Origin: Verrucomicrobiota bacterium
GTDB taxonomy: Bacteria; Verrucomicrobiota; Verrucomicrobiia; Opitutales; Seribacteraceae
DNA: 64,000 bases
Assembly (NCBI GenBank): GCA_028343845.1
Contig: JAOLZO010000004.1
Location: 1-64,000 of the forward strand
Reading direction: 5' to 3'
Made by a program: the position numbers and the translations under genes. Under the pieces are notes generated by a model, which made no database searches, was not told the DNA's origin, and saw only the letters and a program-made list of their open reading frames with translations. This document shows positions 37,391-47,400 of the stretch, piece after piece. The first letter of the stretch is position 1, and every line of letters starts with the position of its first letter.

Positions 37391-38828
37391 CATGAAGGAT
37401 CCAATCAAAGAACTCGAACTCCTCCAATCGCGACGCGCATTCCTGCTGAATTCCGGGATGGGCTTGGGCACGGCCACCTTTGCATCTTTGTTCTCAAAAC
37501 ATGCACTTGCCGCCAAATCCGACAGTGCGACAAAGCCCAAGGCCAAACGAATCATCTTCCTTTTCATGGCCGGCGCCCCAAGCCAAGTGGACTTGTTCGA
37601 TCACAAGCCCGAACTGCACAAGCTCTTCAAAACCGAGTTACCCAAATCCATCAGCAAGGGACAGCGTGTAACGGCGATGACCCGGGGGAAGCAACAATTA
37701 GTCGCGCCCTCGACCTTCAAGTTCGCTCAAAAGGGAAAGAGCGGAGTCTGGATGAGTGAATTGCTCCCTCACCTTTCCGCATCTGCCGACGACTTGTGCC
37801 TCGTTCATTCCTTCAATACGAACGCCATCAATCACGACCCGGGCAAGACTTCCTTTTGTACGGGATCGGAAACCCCGGGCAAACCAAGCATGGGGTCTTG
37901 GTTAAGCTATGGCTTGGGATCCTTGAACAAGGACCTCCCGGACTTCGTGGTCCTTCCCTCGGCATTCTGGAGCGGACGGGTGAACGTCCAGGCCCTTTAT
38001 GCCCGGCTCTGGGGAAGTGGCTTTCTACCATCCAGACATCAAGGAACCTCTTTTCAAACGGTTGGTGATCCCGTACTTTTCCTATCCAACCCCAAGGGCA
38101 TTGACCGAAAGGTACGGCGGAAAATGCTCGACTCGCTCGCCACCTTGAACCGCAAGCATCTTGCTGAAATCGGGGACCCCGAGATTCAAACAACCATTGC
38201 GCAGCAGGAAATGGCTTTTCGCATGCAATCGTCCGTTCCCGAACTGACCGATATTTCCAAGGAACCCAAGGAGGTTTTGGATATGTACGGGCCCGAGGTG
38301 AACAAGTTGGGGTCTTATGCAAGGAACTGCCTGCTTGCCCGCCGGATGGCGGAGAGAGACGTTCGGTTCATACAGCTCTTTCATCGGGGTTGGGATCATC
38401 ATACCAGTTTACCGAAACACATGAGGGGACAATGCAAGGACGTCGACCAACCAACCGCCGCCCTTCTCAAGGACCTCAAGTTACGCGGACTGCTCGATGA
38501 TACGTTGGTCGTTTTCGTCGGTGAATTCGGACGCACCGTTTACGGCCAAGGGAACATCACCCGGGAAAACTATGGGCGCGACCATCACCCACGTTGTTTC
38601 TCGGGTTGGCTCGCAGGCGGAGGAATCAAGGGTGGGATGCACTACGGCAAAACCGATGACTTCAGCTATAACGTAGTCGAAAACCCCGTACACGTCAGGG
38701 ACCTTCATGCCACCATGCTTCACCTCCTCGGCGTGGATCATCAAAAGCTCATCTTCCCCTTCCAAGGCCTTGATCAAAAACTGACTGGCGTGGAAAAATC
38801 CCATGTCGTCAAGGATATCATCGCCTAG
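37383..38828 (+). CDS. DUF1501-family Tat-secreted protein. Pair 3.
   Basis: SRRAFLLNSG Tat motif, with GEFGRT and RDHHP. It overlaps the upstream gene by 8 bp. Confidence 0.85.
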   Translation: MNSMKDPIKELELLQSRRAFLLNSGMGLGTATFASLFSKHALAAKSDSATKPKAKRIIFLFMAGAPSQVDLFDHKPELHKLFKTELPKSISKGQRVTAMTRGKQQLVAPSTFKFAQKGKSGVWMSELLPHLSASADDLCLVHSFNTNAINHDPGKTSFCTGSETPGKPSMGSWLSYGLGSLNKDLPDFVVLPSAFWSGRVNVQALYARLWGSGFLPSRHQGTSFQTVGDPVLFLSNPKGIDRKVRRKMLDSLATLNRKHLAEIGDPEIQTTIAQQEMAFRMQSSVPELTDISKEPKEVLDMYGPEVNKLGSYARNCLLARRMAERDVRFIQLFHRGWDHHTSLPKHMRGQCKDVDQPTAALLKDLKLRGLLDDTLVVFVGEFGRTVYGQGNITRENYGRDHHPRCFSGWLAGGGIKGGMHYGKTDDFSYNVVENPVHVRDLHATMLHLLGVDHQKLIFPFQGLDQKLTGVEKSHVVKDIIA

Positions 38829-38876
38829 AAGAAATATTCCGCGACCGACAAAGCCCCGCACGGACTATCCTCGAAA

Positions 38877-39842
38877 ATGAACGGAAAGCCATGCTGCGCG
38901 CCAACACTTGGCCATGCTCATAACGGGCCCTCGAAAGGACCTGCTGCAGACATTTCGCCAACCGCAAACAAGAGTGTGGAAACCAAGGCAATGACCCGGA
39001 TCCCATCCGGGCCCTTCCGAATGGGAGCGGAAGGATCGGAATGCTGGGCAAGCGACGGCGAAGGCCCTATCCGTGAGATCGAACTGGACGATTTTTGGAT
39101 CGATCGATGTTGCGTCACCAACTCGGAGTTCGAAACCTTTGCCAAGGAAACCGGATACAAAACCGAGGCGGAAACCTTCGGGTGGTCCATCGTATTCATG
39201 GGACAGATTCCAAAGGCCCAGCGAAAGCGCAAGCGTTTCGAGACGGTGGTCGGGATGCATTGGTGGGCAAAAGTCGAAAAAGCCGATTGGCGCAAACCGG
39301 GCGGACCGGGCACGAACGTTCGCAAACTGGGAGACCATCCGGTCGTGCACGTCAGTTGGAATGACGCTTGCGCCTATGCCGATTGGGCAGGCAAAAGGCT
39401 GCCCACGGAAGCGCAATGGGAAAAATCGGCCCGCGGAGGACTCGATCAAAAACGCTACCCATGGGGGGACGAGTTTACGCCCAAGGGAAAACACCAATGT
39501 AATATCTGGCAGGGCAAATTTCCCGAAAACAATACGGGCGAGGACGGGTACTTATGGACCGCCCCGGCGAAAAGTTTTCCGGCCAACGGTTTCGGACTGC
39601 ACAACGCATCGGGCAACGTTTGGGAATGGACTTCCGATTGGTTCCATCCCACTTGGCGTCAATCGGCCGGAAACAAGAATCCAACCGGCCCCAGTAAAGG
39701 AACCGAAAAAGTGATCAAAGGAGGATCCTTTCTGTGTCACGACTCCTACTGTAACCGCTACCGGCCGGGTGCCCGGACAAGGAACACGCCCGACTCGTCT
39801 ACTTCACATACCGGGTTTCGCCTTGCCTATGACAAAGCCTGA
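38877..39842 (+). CDS. Formylglycine-generating enzyme (FGE/SUMF1-type sulfatase-maturating enzyme).
   Basis: Full-length FGE signature: RMGAEGSE...VTNSEFETFAKETGYKTEAE...HPVVHVSWNDACAYADWAGKRLPTEAQWE...GNVWEWTSDWF...GGSFLCHDSYCNRYRPGARTRNTPDSSTSHTGFRLAYD. Confidence 0.9.
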   Translation: MNGKPCCAPTLGHAHNGPSKGPAADISPTANKSVETKAMTRIPSGPFRMGAEGSECWASDGEGPIREIELDDFWIDRCCVTNSEFETFAKETGYKTEAETFGWSIVFMGQIPKAQRKRKRFETVVGMHWWAKVEKADWRKPGGPGTNVRKLGDHPVVHVSWNDACAYADWAGKRLPTEAQWEKSARGGLDQKRYPWGDEFTPKGKHQCNIWQGKFPENNTGEDGYLWTAPAKSFPANGFGLHNASGNVWEWTSDWFHPTWRQSAGNKNPTGPSKGTEKVIKGGSFLCHDSYCNRYRPGARTRNTPDSSTSHTGFRLAYDKA

Positions 39843-39892
39843 AAAAGACCATTTTCTTCGACAAGCAAGGGTTTGAGGGGATAGAAAACTTT

Positions 39893-41491
39893 TTGCTCCC
39901 TCAATCATTCCAAAAACCATCAGCCAAGATGACATCGAAAACAAACGCCTTGAAACTCTTTCTTTTTCTTTTTTCCGCCTTTGCCTTGCTTGCCAAGGAA
40001 ACGCAAAAGAAACCAAACATACTGTTCATCTTTACCGACGATCAATCTCACCGGACCGTCAGTTGCTATCCTGAATCCCCCGATTGGGTAAAGACTCCGA
40101 ACATCGATTCGCTCGCTGACAAAGGGATTCGATTCGCCCATTGCTACATGGGATCCTGGTGCATGGGTTCCCGGGCAACCCTGCTCACCGGACACCAGAC
40201 CTACGGGGTCAAGTCCATGAGGATGGAAGGAGAATACCCGGGTAGTTCATATGATCATGAGAAATGCCCCTTCTGGCCTGCCGTCTTCAGGAAGAACGGT
40301 TACCAAACCGCTCAAGTCGGAAAATGGCACACCGGCACGGACAACGGATTCGGACGGGACTGGGACTTTCAAAAAGTCTGGAACCGCCCCGCCTTCCCGG
40401 AAAATGCAGGCAACTACTTCAAGGAACAACTTATTCAGACAAACGGACCCAAGCCCGTCATGACCCAGGGATATTCCACAGACAATTATACCAAGTGGGC
40501 CGATGAATACATCCGGGGCGGACACGGGAAGAAGGCGGACAAACCGTTCTACCTTTGGGTGTGTTTCGGAGCCGTCCACGGGCCCTTCACCCCGGCTAAG
40601 CGCCACTTCGAGAACTACCCGAATGCGAAAGTGAAAATCCCCGCGGACGTTTATCCACCCCGCAAAGGAAAACCCGAATACTCCCGAAACAAGGAACAAT
40701 GGATCCCCGGACCCAACGGATTGCCGGTGCTCAAGGCTGGACGGTTCGCGGGTCGAACCGTCACTGGTAAGTTCATTCACGGGACCGACATTCATTCCCT
40801 TGAGAGGCAATACAACCAAGGGGTTCTCGCTATCGACGAGGGCGTCGGCAAGCTGGTCAAAGCGCTCAAGGAAACCGGTCAGTACGACAATACCTTGATC
40901 GTCTTCGGGGCCGATCAGGGGATAGCCTGGGGACAAAAGGGGTTTCAAATGAAACTGGCTCCTTATGACGGTACCATCCGTGGACCGCTGATCGTCAGCA
41001 TGCCAAAAAAATTCCCAACGGGCAAAGTCTGTCCCAAACCGGTAGGAGGGGCCGACTTAGTCCCCACCTTCTTCAAGGCCGCCGGGCTTGAACTTCCCTG
41101 GAAAATGCACGGACGCGACCTGACTCCCCTTTTGGAGAAACCCGAGCGGAAGGATTGGAAGAGCCCCCTGCTTCTGGCCCACACAGGCATGAGCTTTGGG
41201 GAAGACTGCGATGAGGTGATCGACATGAAGGACGACCCCATCTACCAAAAGCAACGCGTTCCCTGGTGGGTCTCGTTGCGCACCGACCGCTACAAGTACA
41301 TCCGTAATCTCCTGCCTGGAGAAACCGAAGAGTTGTACGACATGAAGAAGGATCCCAATGAATTGATTAACTTGGCGATACAGAACAAGCACCTGAATCT
41401 TCTTCGCAAGCTTAGAAAGAAAACGATTTCCGAACTCGCAAGAACGGACTGTGCCTTCGCCAAGAAAATGCCCGAAGTGCAAAACCCATAG
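39893..41491 (+). CDS. S1-family sulfatase with a non-canonical active-site motif C-M-G-S-R (Pro replaced by Gly).
   Basis: ILFIFTDDQSH...HCYMGSWCMGSRATLLTGHQ (the Cys codon is at 40160-40162). The rest of the sulfatase core is conserved (GKWH, VFGADQG). Confidence 0.85.
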   Translation: MLPQSFQKPSAKMTSKTNALKLFLFLFSAFALLAKETQKKPNILFIFTDDQSHRTVSCYPESPDWVKTPNIDSLADKGIRFAHCYMGSWCMGSRATLLTGHQTYGVKSMRMEGEYPGSSYDHEKCPFWPAVFRKNGYQTAQVGKWHTGTDNGFGRDWDFQKVWNRPAFPENAGNYFKEQLIQTNGPKPVMTQGYSTDNYTKWADEYIRGGHGKKADKPFYLWVCFGAVHGPFTPAKRHFENYPNAKVKIPADVYPPRKGKPEYSRNKEQWIPGPNGLPVLKAGRFAGRTVTGKFIHGTDIHSLERQYNQGVLAIDEGVGKLVKALKETGQYDNTLIVFGADQGIAWGQKGFQMKLAPYDGTIRGPLIVSMPKKFPTGKVCPKPVGGADLVPTFFKAAGLELPWKMHGRDLTPLLEKPERKDWKSPLLLAHTGMSFGEDCDEVIDMKDDPIYQKQRVPWWVSLRTDRYKYIRNLLPGETEELYDMKKDPNELINLAIQNKHLNLLRKLRKKTISELARTDCAFAKKMPEVQNP

Positions 41492-41508
41492 GCAAAAAAA
41501 GCCAGCTC

Positions 41509-42894
41509 ATGAGCGAACGTCTTTTGCCATTTGTCACATTCTTGCTGCTTGGGTTATCCCCAGTTTACGCCAAGCCAAACATACTCTTCATTGCCATCGA
41601 CGACCTTCGACCCGAACTCGGATGCTTTGGCGGCAAGGAAGTCAGTTCCCCCCATATCGACAAATTGGCTACCGGTGGAATGATCTTTAACCGAGCCTAT
41701 TGCCAAGTTCCGGTCTGCGGTGCATCGCGGGCAAGCCTGATGACCGGACTTAGGCCCACGGAAAAACGGTTTCTCAAATTCGATACTTATGCCGAAAAGG
41801 ACGCTCCCGATGCCATGACTCTACCAGAGGCATTCAAGACGAACGGATACCACTGCATTTCCAACGGTAAGATCTTTCACCACAACGACGACACCGCAAA
41901 ACGGAGTTGGAGCGAGGATCCATGGAAGCCTAGTATGGGCGGAGCCTCTTTTCTCGATCCAAAGTCAAAATCCATGATTGGCGGGCGAAAGAAACGCGGG
42001 CCGGTTTTGGAATTCCCCAACGTCACCGACAACGCATACCCGGATGGCCAAATTGCGAACAAGACGATTGCCGATCTCAAGCGCATGAAAAAAAGTGACA
42101 AACCCTTCTTTCTAGCCTGTGGGTTCAAGAAGCCCCACCTTCCTTTTTATGCCCCCAAAAAATACTGGGATCTTTACGACCGGGCATCCCTCGAACTTGC
42201 GGACAATCGCGAACGCCCGAAGGACGCCCCTTCCGCACTCAGGGGCTCGGGCGAGATCCATAGCTACCATGACCGGGGGATGAAATACAATAGCGAGGAA
42301 TGGCACCGGTCATGCCTGCATGGGTATTACGCCTGCGTAAGCTACGTCGATGCTCAGATCGGCAAAGTGATGAAAACATTGGACGATTTGGATCTCCGGA
42401 AAAATACAATCATTGTTCTTTGGGGAGACCACGGATGGCATCTGGGCGAGCACAATTTCTGGGGCAAGCACAACGTCTTGCACCTCTCGACCCGATCCCC
42501 CTTGATCGTCTCCGCTCCCGGGTTCAAGTCCGGACAAGCATGCGAGCGCCTGGTCGAATTCGTCGACCTCTACCCTACCCTTATGGACCTGACCGGCCTC
42601 AAGTCGGTCAATGAAGGACTGGAGGGAACGAGCTTCAAGCCCTTGCTTGAGAACCCGCGTTTGAAATGGAAAAGCGCCGCTTTCTCCAAGTTCGGCCCAG
42701 CCGAAAGCCTTATCACCCACCAATTCAATTACGCCGAGTTCGATGATGGCCAGAAAATGCTTTTCGATTTGAAGAAGGATCCCGACGAAAACGTCAACTT
42801 GGCCGCATCCCCCGAGCACAAGAAGACTCTCAACCGTTTGGCGAAGATGCTAAAGGGTGGATGGAGAGAGGTCTTGCCTCCCGAAACGAGATAG
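41509..42894 (+). CDS. S1-family sulfatase (iduronate-2-sulfatase-like) with a non-canonical motif C-G-A-S-R (Pro replaced by Ala).
   Basis: ILFIAIDDLRPELG...YCQVPVCGASRASLMTGL (the Cys codon is at 41716-41718); LWGDHGWHLGEH. Confidence 0.85.
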   Translation: MSERLLPFVTFLLLGLSPVYAKPNILFIAIDDLRPELGCFGGKEVSSPHIDKLATGGMIFNRAYCQVPVCGASRASLMTGLRPTEKRFLKFDTYAEKDAPDAMTLPEAFKTNGYHCISNGKIFHHNDDTAKRSWSEDPWKPSMGGASFLDPKSKSMIGGRKKRGPVLEFPNVTDNAYPDGQIANKTIADLKRMKKSDKPFFLACGFKKPHLPFYAPKKYWDLYDRASLELADNRERPKDAPSALRGSGEIHSYHDRGMKYNSEEWHRSCLHGYYACVSYVDAQIGKVMKTLDDLDLRKNTIIVLWGDHGWHLGEHNFWGKHNVLHLSTRSPLIVSAPGFKSGQACERLVEFVDLYPTLMDLTGLKSVNEGLEGTSFKPLLENPRLKWKSAAFSKFGPAESLITHQFNYAEFDDGQKMLFDLKKDPDENVNLAASPEHKKTLNRLAKMLKGGWREVLPPETR

Positions 42895-42980
42895 GCCTCG
42901 TCCCGAATCGGACAAACCTACACAAGGGCATTTCCTTGTTGCGCCTATTGAGCAAGGGGCTTTGGCTTCCTGAACCCGCA

Positions 42981-45857
42981 ATGAATTTTCGTTGGATCCA
43001 GACCCTTTCGCTTTTGCTTCTGAGCGCCCTGTGCGTTGAGGGCGGTGATTGGCCGATGTGGAGACACGACCCCGGCAGAACGGGAGCCACCCCTGAGAGC
43101 ATGCCGGAGATGCTGAATTTGCAATGGACCTTGAAGCTTCCGCCTCTGGTTCCTGCTTACAAGGATCAGCGCCTCCAGTTCGACAAAGGCTACGAGCCCA
43201 TTGTGACAAGAGGTAAATTGCTGATCGGTTCTTCATGGACGGATTCAGTAACCGCCTATGATGCCGCCACCGGCGGACAAGCCTGGCGATTCCTGACCGA
43301 GGGACCCGTTCGTTTCGCCCCCGTTGCCTTGGACGATCGGGTATTCGTGGGCTCGGACGACGGTTTTCTTTATTGCCTGGAAACGGACACGGGCAAATTG
43401 CTCTGGAAATTTAGGGCAGTACCCTCGACCAGAAAGGTATTGGGAAATGGACGGATGATTTCGCTTTGGCCGGTACGGGGTGGCCCGGTTGCGAAAGACG
43501 GAAAGGTCTGGTTCGCAGCCGGAGTGTGGCCTACGGAGGGAGTATTCGTCCACTGCCTCGATGCGAAGACCGGAAAATCAATCTGGATAAACGACTCCTG
43601 CGGTTTCAAGTACGGAACCCAACCACACAACGCTCAAGCCACCGGCGGGCTTGCTCCCCAAGGTTACTTGTTGCTCGACGGCGAGGACTTGATCGTTCCT
43701 TCCAGTGTGGCTTTCCCCGCCCGCTTTGATGCGGCTACCGGCAAACTAAAGGAATTCGAACTTCCTTCTCAAGGCAGGCTGCCCGGCGGATGGTTTGCAT
43801 CCACTCCCTCCGAAAAAGAACGTCAGCGACTGCAGCGCAGAGGGTTACTCTTTGACAGCGAGGTAAACACCCGCCGCCACGAGGACAAGCAAAGATCAAG
43901 CGGACAACCCGGCATACGGTCGACCATAGAGTTGGGTAAAAAAGACTTCAAATTCTCCAATGGGGTAAAGGGCGTGAAGGGAGAAATCCACCAAGCCCTG
44001 CTTTCGGAAGGGCGGCTTTTCGTCGTCACTTTGAAAGGAGAGATTCATTGTTTGGCAAAGAATCAGAGAACCCCAAAGGTTCATGAACCCAAACCGGACC
44101 GAAACCAGGTCATGGAGAAACACCCCTTGGTTTCGGAAATCATTCAAAAGACAAATTTCAGCAAAGGCTACGGATTAGTGCTCGGCATGTCGGAGAAGTG
44201 GCTGGAGCTCGTTCGAAGTTCTTCCGCTCAACTTGTCGGGTCAGGCAAACCGGCGGACATTCAAGCCCTTCGTGAAAAAATGGACAAACGCGGTTTCACG
44301 GCAGACCGGGTATCGCTGTTCGCAGGCACCGGATCCGAACTGGATTTCCCCCGCTATTTCGCAAGCTTGATCGTAGTCGAGGAAAGCTCGGGAGTCAGTT
44401 GGTCCCGGCGCTCGTTGAACAAGGTTTTTTCTTCCCTCAGGCCCTATGGCGGGTCGCTCTGTGTTTTGGGATCGGAAAAATCCCGGGATGCCTTTCGAAA
44501 GATGGTGAAGGAATGCGCCTTACCTGGTGCCAGCTTGAGCGAAAGCGCTGGATTTACCTTACTCAAAAAGGAAGGGGCCTTGCCAGGCTCCAGCAATTAC
44601 CTGGGTGAATGGGCCAAGAGCCCGGACGAAGGCGTGCGCTTCCCCCTCGGCGTATTGTGGTTCGGAGATGAATTGGGTCATTTCAAGCGGTCCCCTCAGC
44701 CGAAGTTTGTCGATGGAGTGATGGTCTCGACTCCAAAAAAATGGATGATCGACCAAAACGAGCGTACCCGGAACTCCGATTACCGCCTTATGCCAGCCTT
44801 TCTCTCTGACGTCTACACGGGGCGCGTAATGGGTTCGGACGAGGAAACCGAAATTCGCAAAAAGCATGGAAAAGTGGATTTGAAAACCCTTCAACCGAGC
44901 CAATACCGACCGCCCAAGCAAGATAATGCCTGGAAGCCCAAGAAGCCAGTCGTAGGCGAACGGATCAATCCTTTGACCGGAGAAAAGGAACCACGCGCCT
45001 TCCCCAAGAGTTACGGTTGTGACGGAGGACTCGACTACGGGTATCTCTACACCATGCGTTCCGCTACCGCATCCTATTACGACAAGCGCATAGAGAGCGG
45101 AACCATCAACCTGAGCGGTCCGCGCTCCGGTTGTACCAACAGCATCATACCGGCCAACGGCGTGCTAAGCGTCCCCTATTACTACGAAGGTTGCACCTGT
45201 AGTTATCCTTTGCCCATGGCCATGGCTTTGGTCTCCATGCCCCAGACTCACGAGCAATGGACGTCCTGGGGAGAAATGCCTCCGGAAAAACTCAACGGCA
45301 AGGTTCGCAGAGTGGGCTTGAACTTCGGAGCTCCCGGGGACCGCGTGACTGAAAACGGAACCCTTTGGCTCGATCAGCCCAGCGTGGGCGGTCCCTCCCC
45401 CATCCTGCCCATCAAGACGTCACCGGAACAGGTCACCTACCGCTACCATCACTCCCTGCGCGTGGAAGGAGGCGAAGGATGGCCCTGGATCGCCGCTTCC
45501 CTCGCAGAAGGGATCGAGAACGTCCGGATCAATGGTCTGACCAAGGGAACCTATTTTCTTCGGCTTACTTTTCTCGAGCCGGACCGGATCGAACTGGGCG
45601 AACGCATATTCGACGTCATTCACCAGGGAAAGAAGCTCTTGTCAAAATTCGACGTAGCCAAGGCCGCCGGGGGTGCCATGCGTTCCACGACCGAAACGTT
45701 TTCCGGGATTCAGCTGGAGAACTCCCTTGTCCTGAGACTTCGCCCGGTCCGCGGCAAACCCATTCTCAGCGGACTCGAACTGATCCGTTCCGACTTGCCC
45801 ATGGACGAACCGATCAAGCTCGATAGCCGAAAGCCCCCTTTCAGGCCTTTTATGTAA
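42981..45857 (+). CDS. Secreted protein with an N-terminal PQQ-like beta-propeller (BamB-like repeats) and a C-terminal putative carbohydrate-binding (malectin-like) region.
   Basis: Signal peptide MNFRWIQTLSLLLLSALCVEG. PQQ-type repeats (VTAYDAATGGQAWRF; LYCLETDTGKLLWKF; VHCLDAKTGKSIWIN). The malectin-like assignment for the C-terminal IFDVIHQGKKLLSKFDVAKAAGG segment is tentative. The tracked ORF start at 42861 overlaps the upstream sulfatase. Confidence 0.6.
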   Translation: MNFRWIQTLSLLLLSALCVEGGDWPMWRHDPGRTGATPESMPEMLNLQWTLKLPPLVPAYKDQRLQFDKGYEPIVTRGKLLIGSSWTDSVTAYDAATGGQAWRFLTEGPVRFAPVALDDRVFVGSDDGFLYCLETDTGKLLWKFRAVPSTRKVLGNGRMISLWPVRGGPVAKDGKVWFAAGVWPTEGVFVHCLDAKTGKSIWINDSCGFKYGTQPHNAQATGGLAPQGYLLLDGEDLIVPSSVAFPARFDAATGKLKEFELPSQGRLPGGWFASTPSEKERQRLQRRGLLFDSEVNTRRHEDKQRSSGQPGIRSTIELGKKDFKFSNGVKGVKGEIHQALLSEGRLFVVTLKGEIHCLAKNQRTPKVHEPKPDRNQVMEKHPLVSEIIQKTNFSKGYGLVLGMSEKWLELVRSSSAQLVGSGKPADIQALREKMDKRGFTADRVSLFAGTGSELDFPRYFASLIVVEESSGVSWSRRSLNKVFSSLRPYGGSLCVLGSEKSRDAFRKMVKECALPGASLSESAGFTLLKKEGALPGSSNYLGEWAKSPDEGVRFPLGVLWFGDELGHFKRSPQPKFVDGVMVSTPKKWMIDQNERTRNSDYRLMPAFLSDVYTGRVMGSDEETEIRKKHGKVDLKTLQPSQYRPPKQDNAWKPKKPVVGERINPLTGEKEPRAFPKSYGCDGGLDYGYLYTMRSATASYYDKRIESGTINLSGPRSGCTNSIIPANGVLSVPYYYEGCTCSYPLPMAMALVSMPQTHEQWTSWGEMPPEKLNGKVRRVGLNFGAPGDRVTENGTLWLDQPSVGGPSPILPIKTSPEQVTYRYHHSLRVEGGEGWPWIAASLAEGIENVRINGLTKGTYFLRLTFLEPDRIELGERIFDVIHQGKKLLSKFDVAKAAGGAMRSTTETFSGIQLENSLVLRLRPVRGKPILSGLELIRSDLPMDEPIKLDSRKPPFRPFM

Positions 45858-45859
45858 TT

Positions 45860-45876
45860 GCGGACTGCGCGTCCGC
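45860..45876. terminator. GC hairpin (GCGGAC-tgcgc-GTCCGC) between the convergent genes ending at 45857 (+) and 45882 (-). Candidate bidirectional terminator.
   Basis: A perfect 6-bp stem with a 5-nt loop. A T-run (gtttt) lies a few nt downstream on the plus strand. Confidence 0.4.
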
Positions 45877-45881
45877 CGGCC

Positions 45882-47366
45882 TCAGTTTTGCGGAATTTCG
45901 TTCAGGGTGTAGTATGCTACGTCATGAAGAAGAGGATGATCCTTACCCTTGAGGCGGATGCCGGGCATCTTCAGTTCGTGCACGTTGCCCTTGACCATGC
46001 CCTCGACGGTTAGCCGTACGCTTTTGCCATCCTTGGCAGGAACCGCTTTCTTGACGATGGGAACCGACTTGTCGACCACCGGACTGCCATAGCCCTTCTG
46101 GTATATATAGGTGTAGCACTCCATCGCGTAGGACGAAACGTCCGACAAAGTCTTGGAATCCGCAGCCTTGGTGAAGGTTAGCTCGAAACCATCGGGCTTG
46201 ACCCTCATTTCATGAACTTCGAATGGAACCTTGCCCGTCCAATTGACCCGTTGAAAGGAAAAGGGCTTCTTCCCATGCGATCCCCATCCCCGGTTTGTCC
46301 CGCCGGTGAACATGCTTCCGTCCGCGGCAAAGCGGGCCACGATATTACCTGATCCAAAGCCCTTCACGAAGGGAAAGGCGGCGCCCTGGTAAAATCCGTT
46401 TACCTTCTCTAGAAATACCCGGTGAATCTTCGAATGGGTCTGTTCGGAGACGAAAAGCTGGTTCGTAAAGGGACCGAATTTTCCTCCCGTCTCGTCGCAC
46501 TCGATTCCGGCCGGGGAGTTCCCCATCTTTCCATGAGGTAGAACGATCGGAGGAGGAACAAAATCGGGCACCTTTTTGCGCTCGATCTCGATTCTACTTT
46601 TGGAAGTTGGATCGGGTGGCTTGGGACCAAGAACGTCGGTCAAAGCGAAGTACTTGTTGCCCACGGGGTTTCCCTGAAACCCACCAGGACGAAGGTGCTT
46701 GAGGGAACTCGAACCATTCCACAAGCCTTGGTTGTCGCAATAGAAAACGTCTCCCAAATGATTGAAACCGATTCCACCGGGTGAACGGATACCGTAACCG
46801 GTCGGGATGGTCTTTCCATCCGGAGTCACACGCATGCACCAGCCACGGAAAGGGCTCTTGTCATCAGCTCCGCCCGATCCGGTCAGGCAAAGGACGACCC
46901 AGATGTCACCGTTCTTGTCGTGCCTGGTACCGAAAGCATACTCGTGGTAATCGCCATTGATTCCCCAGCCATCGCCCAGGGTTTCGAAAACGTCAGCCCG
47001 GCCGTCCCCATCGCTATCCTTGATTCGGGAAACTTCGGGGCGCTGGGTCAGGTATAGCCAACCGTCCTTCCATGCGATCCCCAAGACCTCGTGAAGACCA
47101 CGGGCAAAGAGGGTCCACTTGGGCTCGGGTTCCGGGCCAAAGACGTTCTCGCCCACGAAAATATCCCCGCGCCGTGAGGCAATGGCTACCTTGTTGCCGG
47201 GCAGGACGTCGATCCCGCTCACCTCGATCACTTCCCCCTCGGGTAAGGGAATCGTGGTGATTGGATAATAGTCGGCCTCGACCGGAAGCTTGTCCGAATG
47301 ATTATCCGCAAGAGCAACCGAAAGAGTGAAGACGAGGGAAGACAAAAGAATGGTAAACTTTTTCAT
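45882..47366 (-). CDS. Secreted beta-propeller protein of the PVC 'membrane-bound dehydrogenase domain' family. It is homologous to the propeller of the 17868-21020 protein.
   Basis: Signal peptide MKKFTILLSSLVFTLSVALA. DGWLYLTQR...DSDGDGRADVFETLGDGW...DKNGDIWVV. Confidence 0.6.
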   Translation of the reverse strand: MKKFTILLSSLVFTLSVALADNHSDKLPVEADYYPITTIPLPEGEVIEVSGIDVLPGNKVAIASRRGDIFVGENVFGPEPEPKWTLFARGLHEVLGIAWKDGWLYLTQRPEVSRIKDSDGDGRADVFETLGDGWGINGDYHEYAFGTRHDKNGDIWVVLCLTGSGGADDKSPFRGWCMRVTPDGKTIPTGYGIRSPGGIGFNHLGDVFYCDNQGLWNGSSSLKHLRPGGFQGNPVGNKYFALTDVLGPKPPDPTSKSRIEIERKKVPDFVPPPIVLPHGKMGNSPAGIECDETGGKFGPFTNQLFVSEQTHSKIHRVFLEKVNGFYQGAAFPFVKGFGSGNIVARFAADGSMFTGGTNRGWGSHGKKPFSFQRVNWTGKVPFEVHEMRVKPDGFELTFTKAADSKTLSDVSSYAMECYTYIYQKGYGSPVVDKSVPIVKKAVPAKDGKSVRLTVEGMVKGNVHELKMPGIRLKGKDHPLLHDVAYYTLNEIPQN

Positions 47367-47400
47367 GACTAACTTTTTATATACGTTTGGGTTCTATCGG

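Noticed and set aside
35471-37567. Three consecutive long minus-strand ORFs (173, 201 and 268 aa).
   Set aside because: All are antisense to PSCyt pair-3 gene. They are high-GC frame artefacts.
38865-39497. A 210-aa minus-strand ORF.
   Set aside because: It is antisense to the canonical FGE gene.
42861-42980. The N-terminal extension of the PQQ-propeller gene overlapping the upstream sulfatase.
   Set aside because: The extension (MERGLASRNEIGLVPNRTNLHKG...) precedes a clear signal peptide that starts at MNFRWIQTL (42981). The overlap is an ORF-caller artefact.
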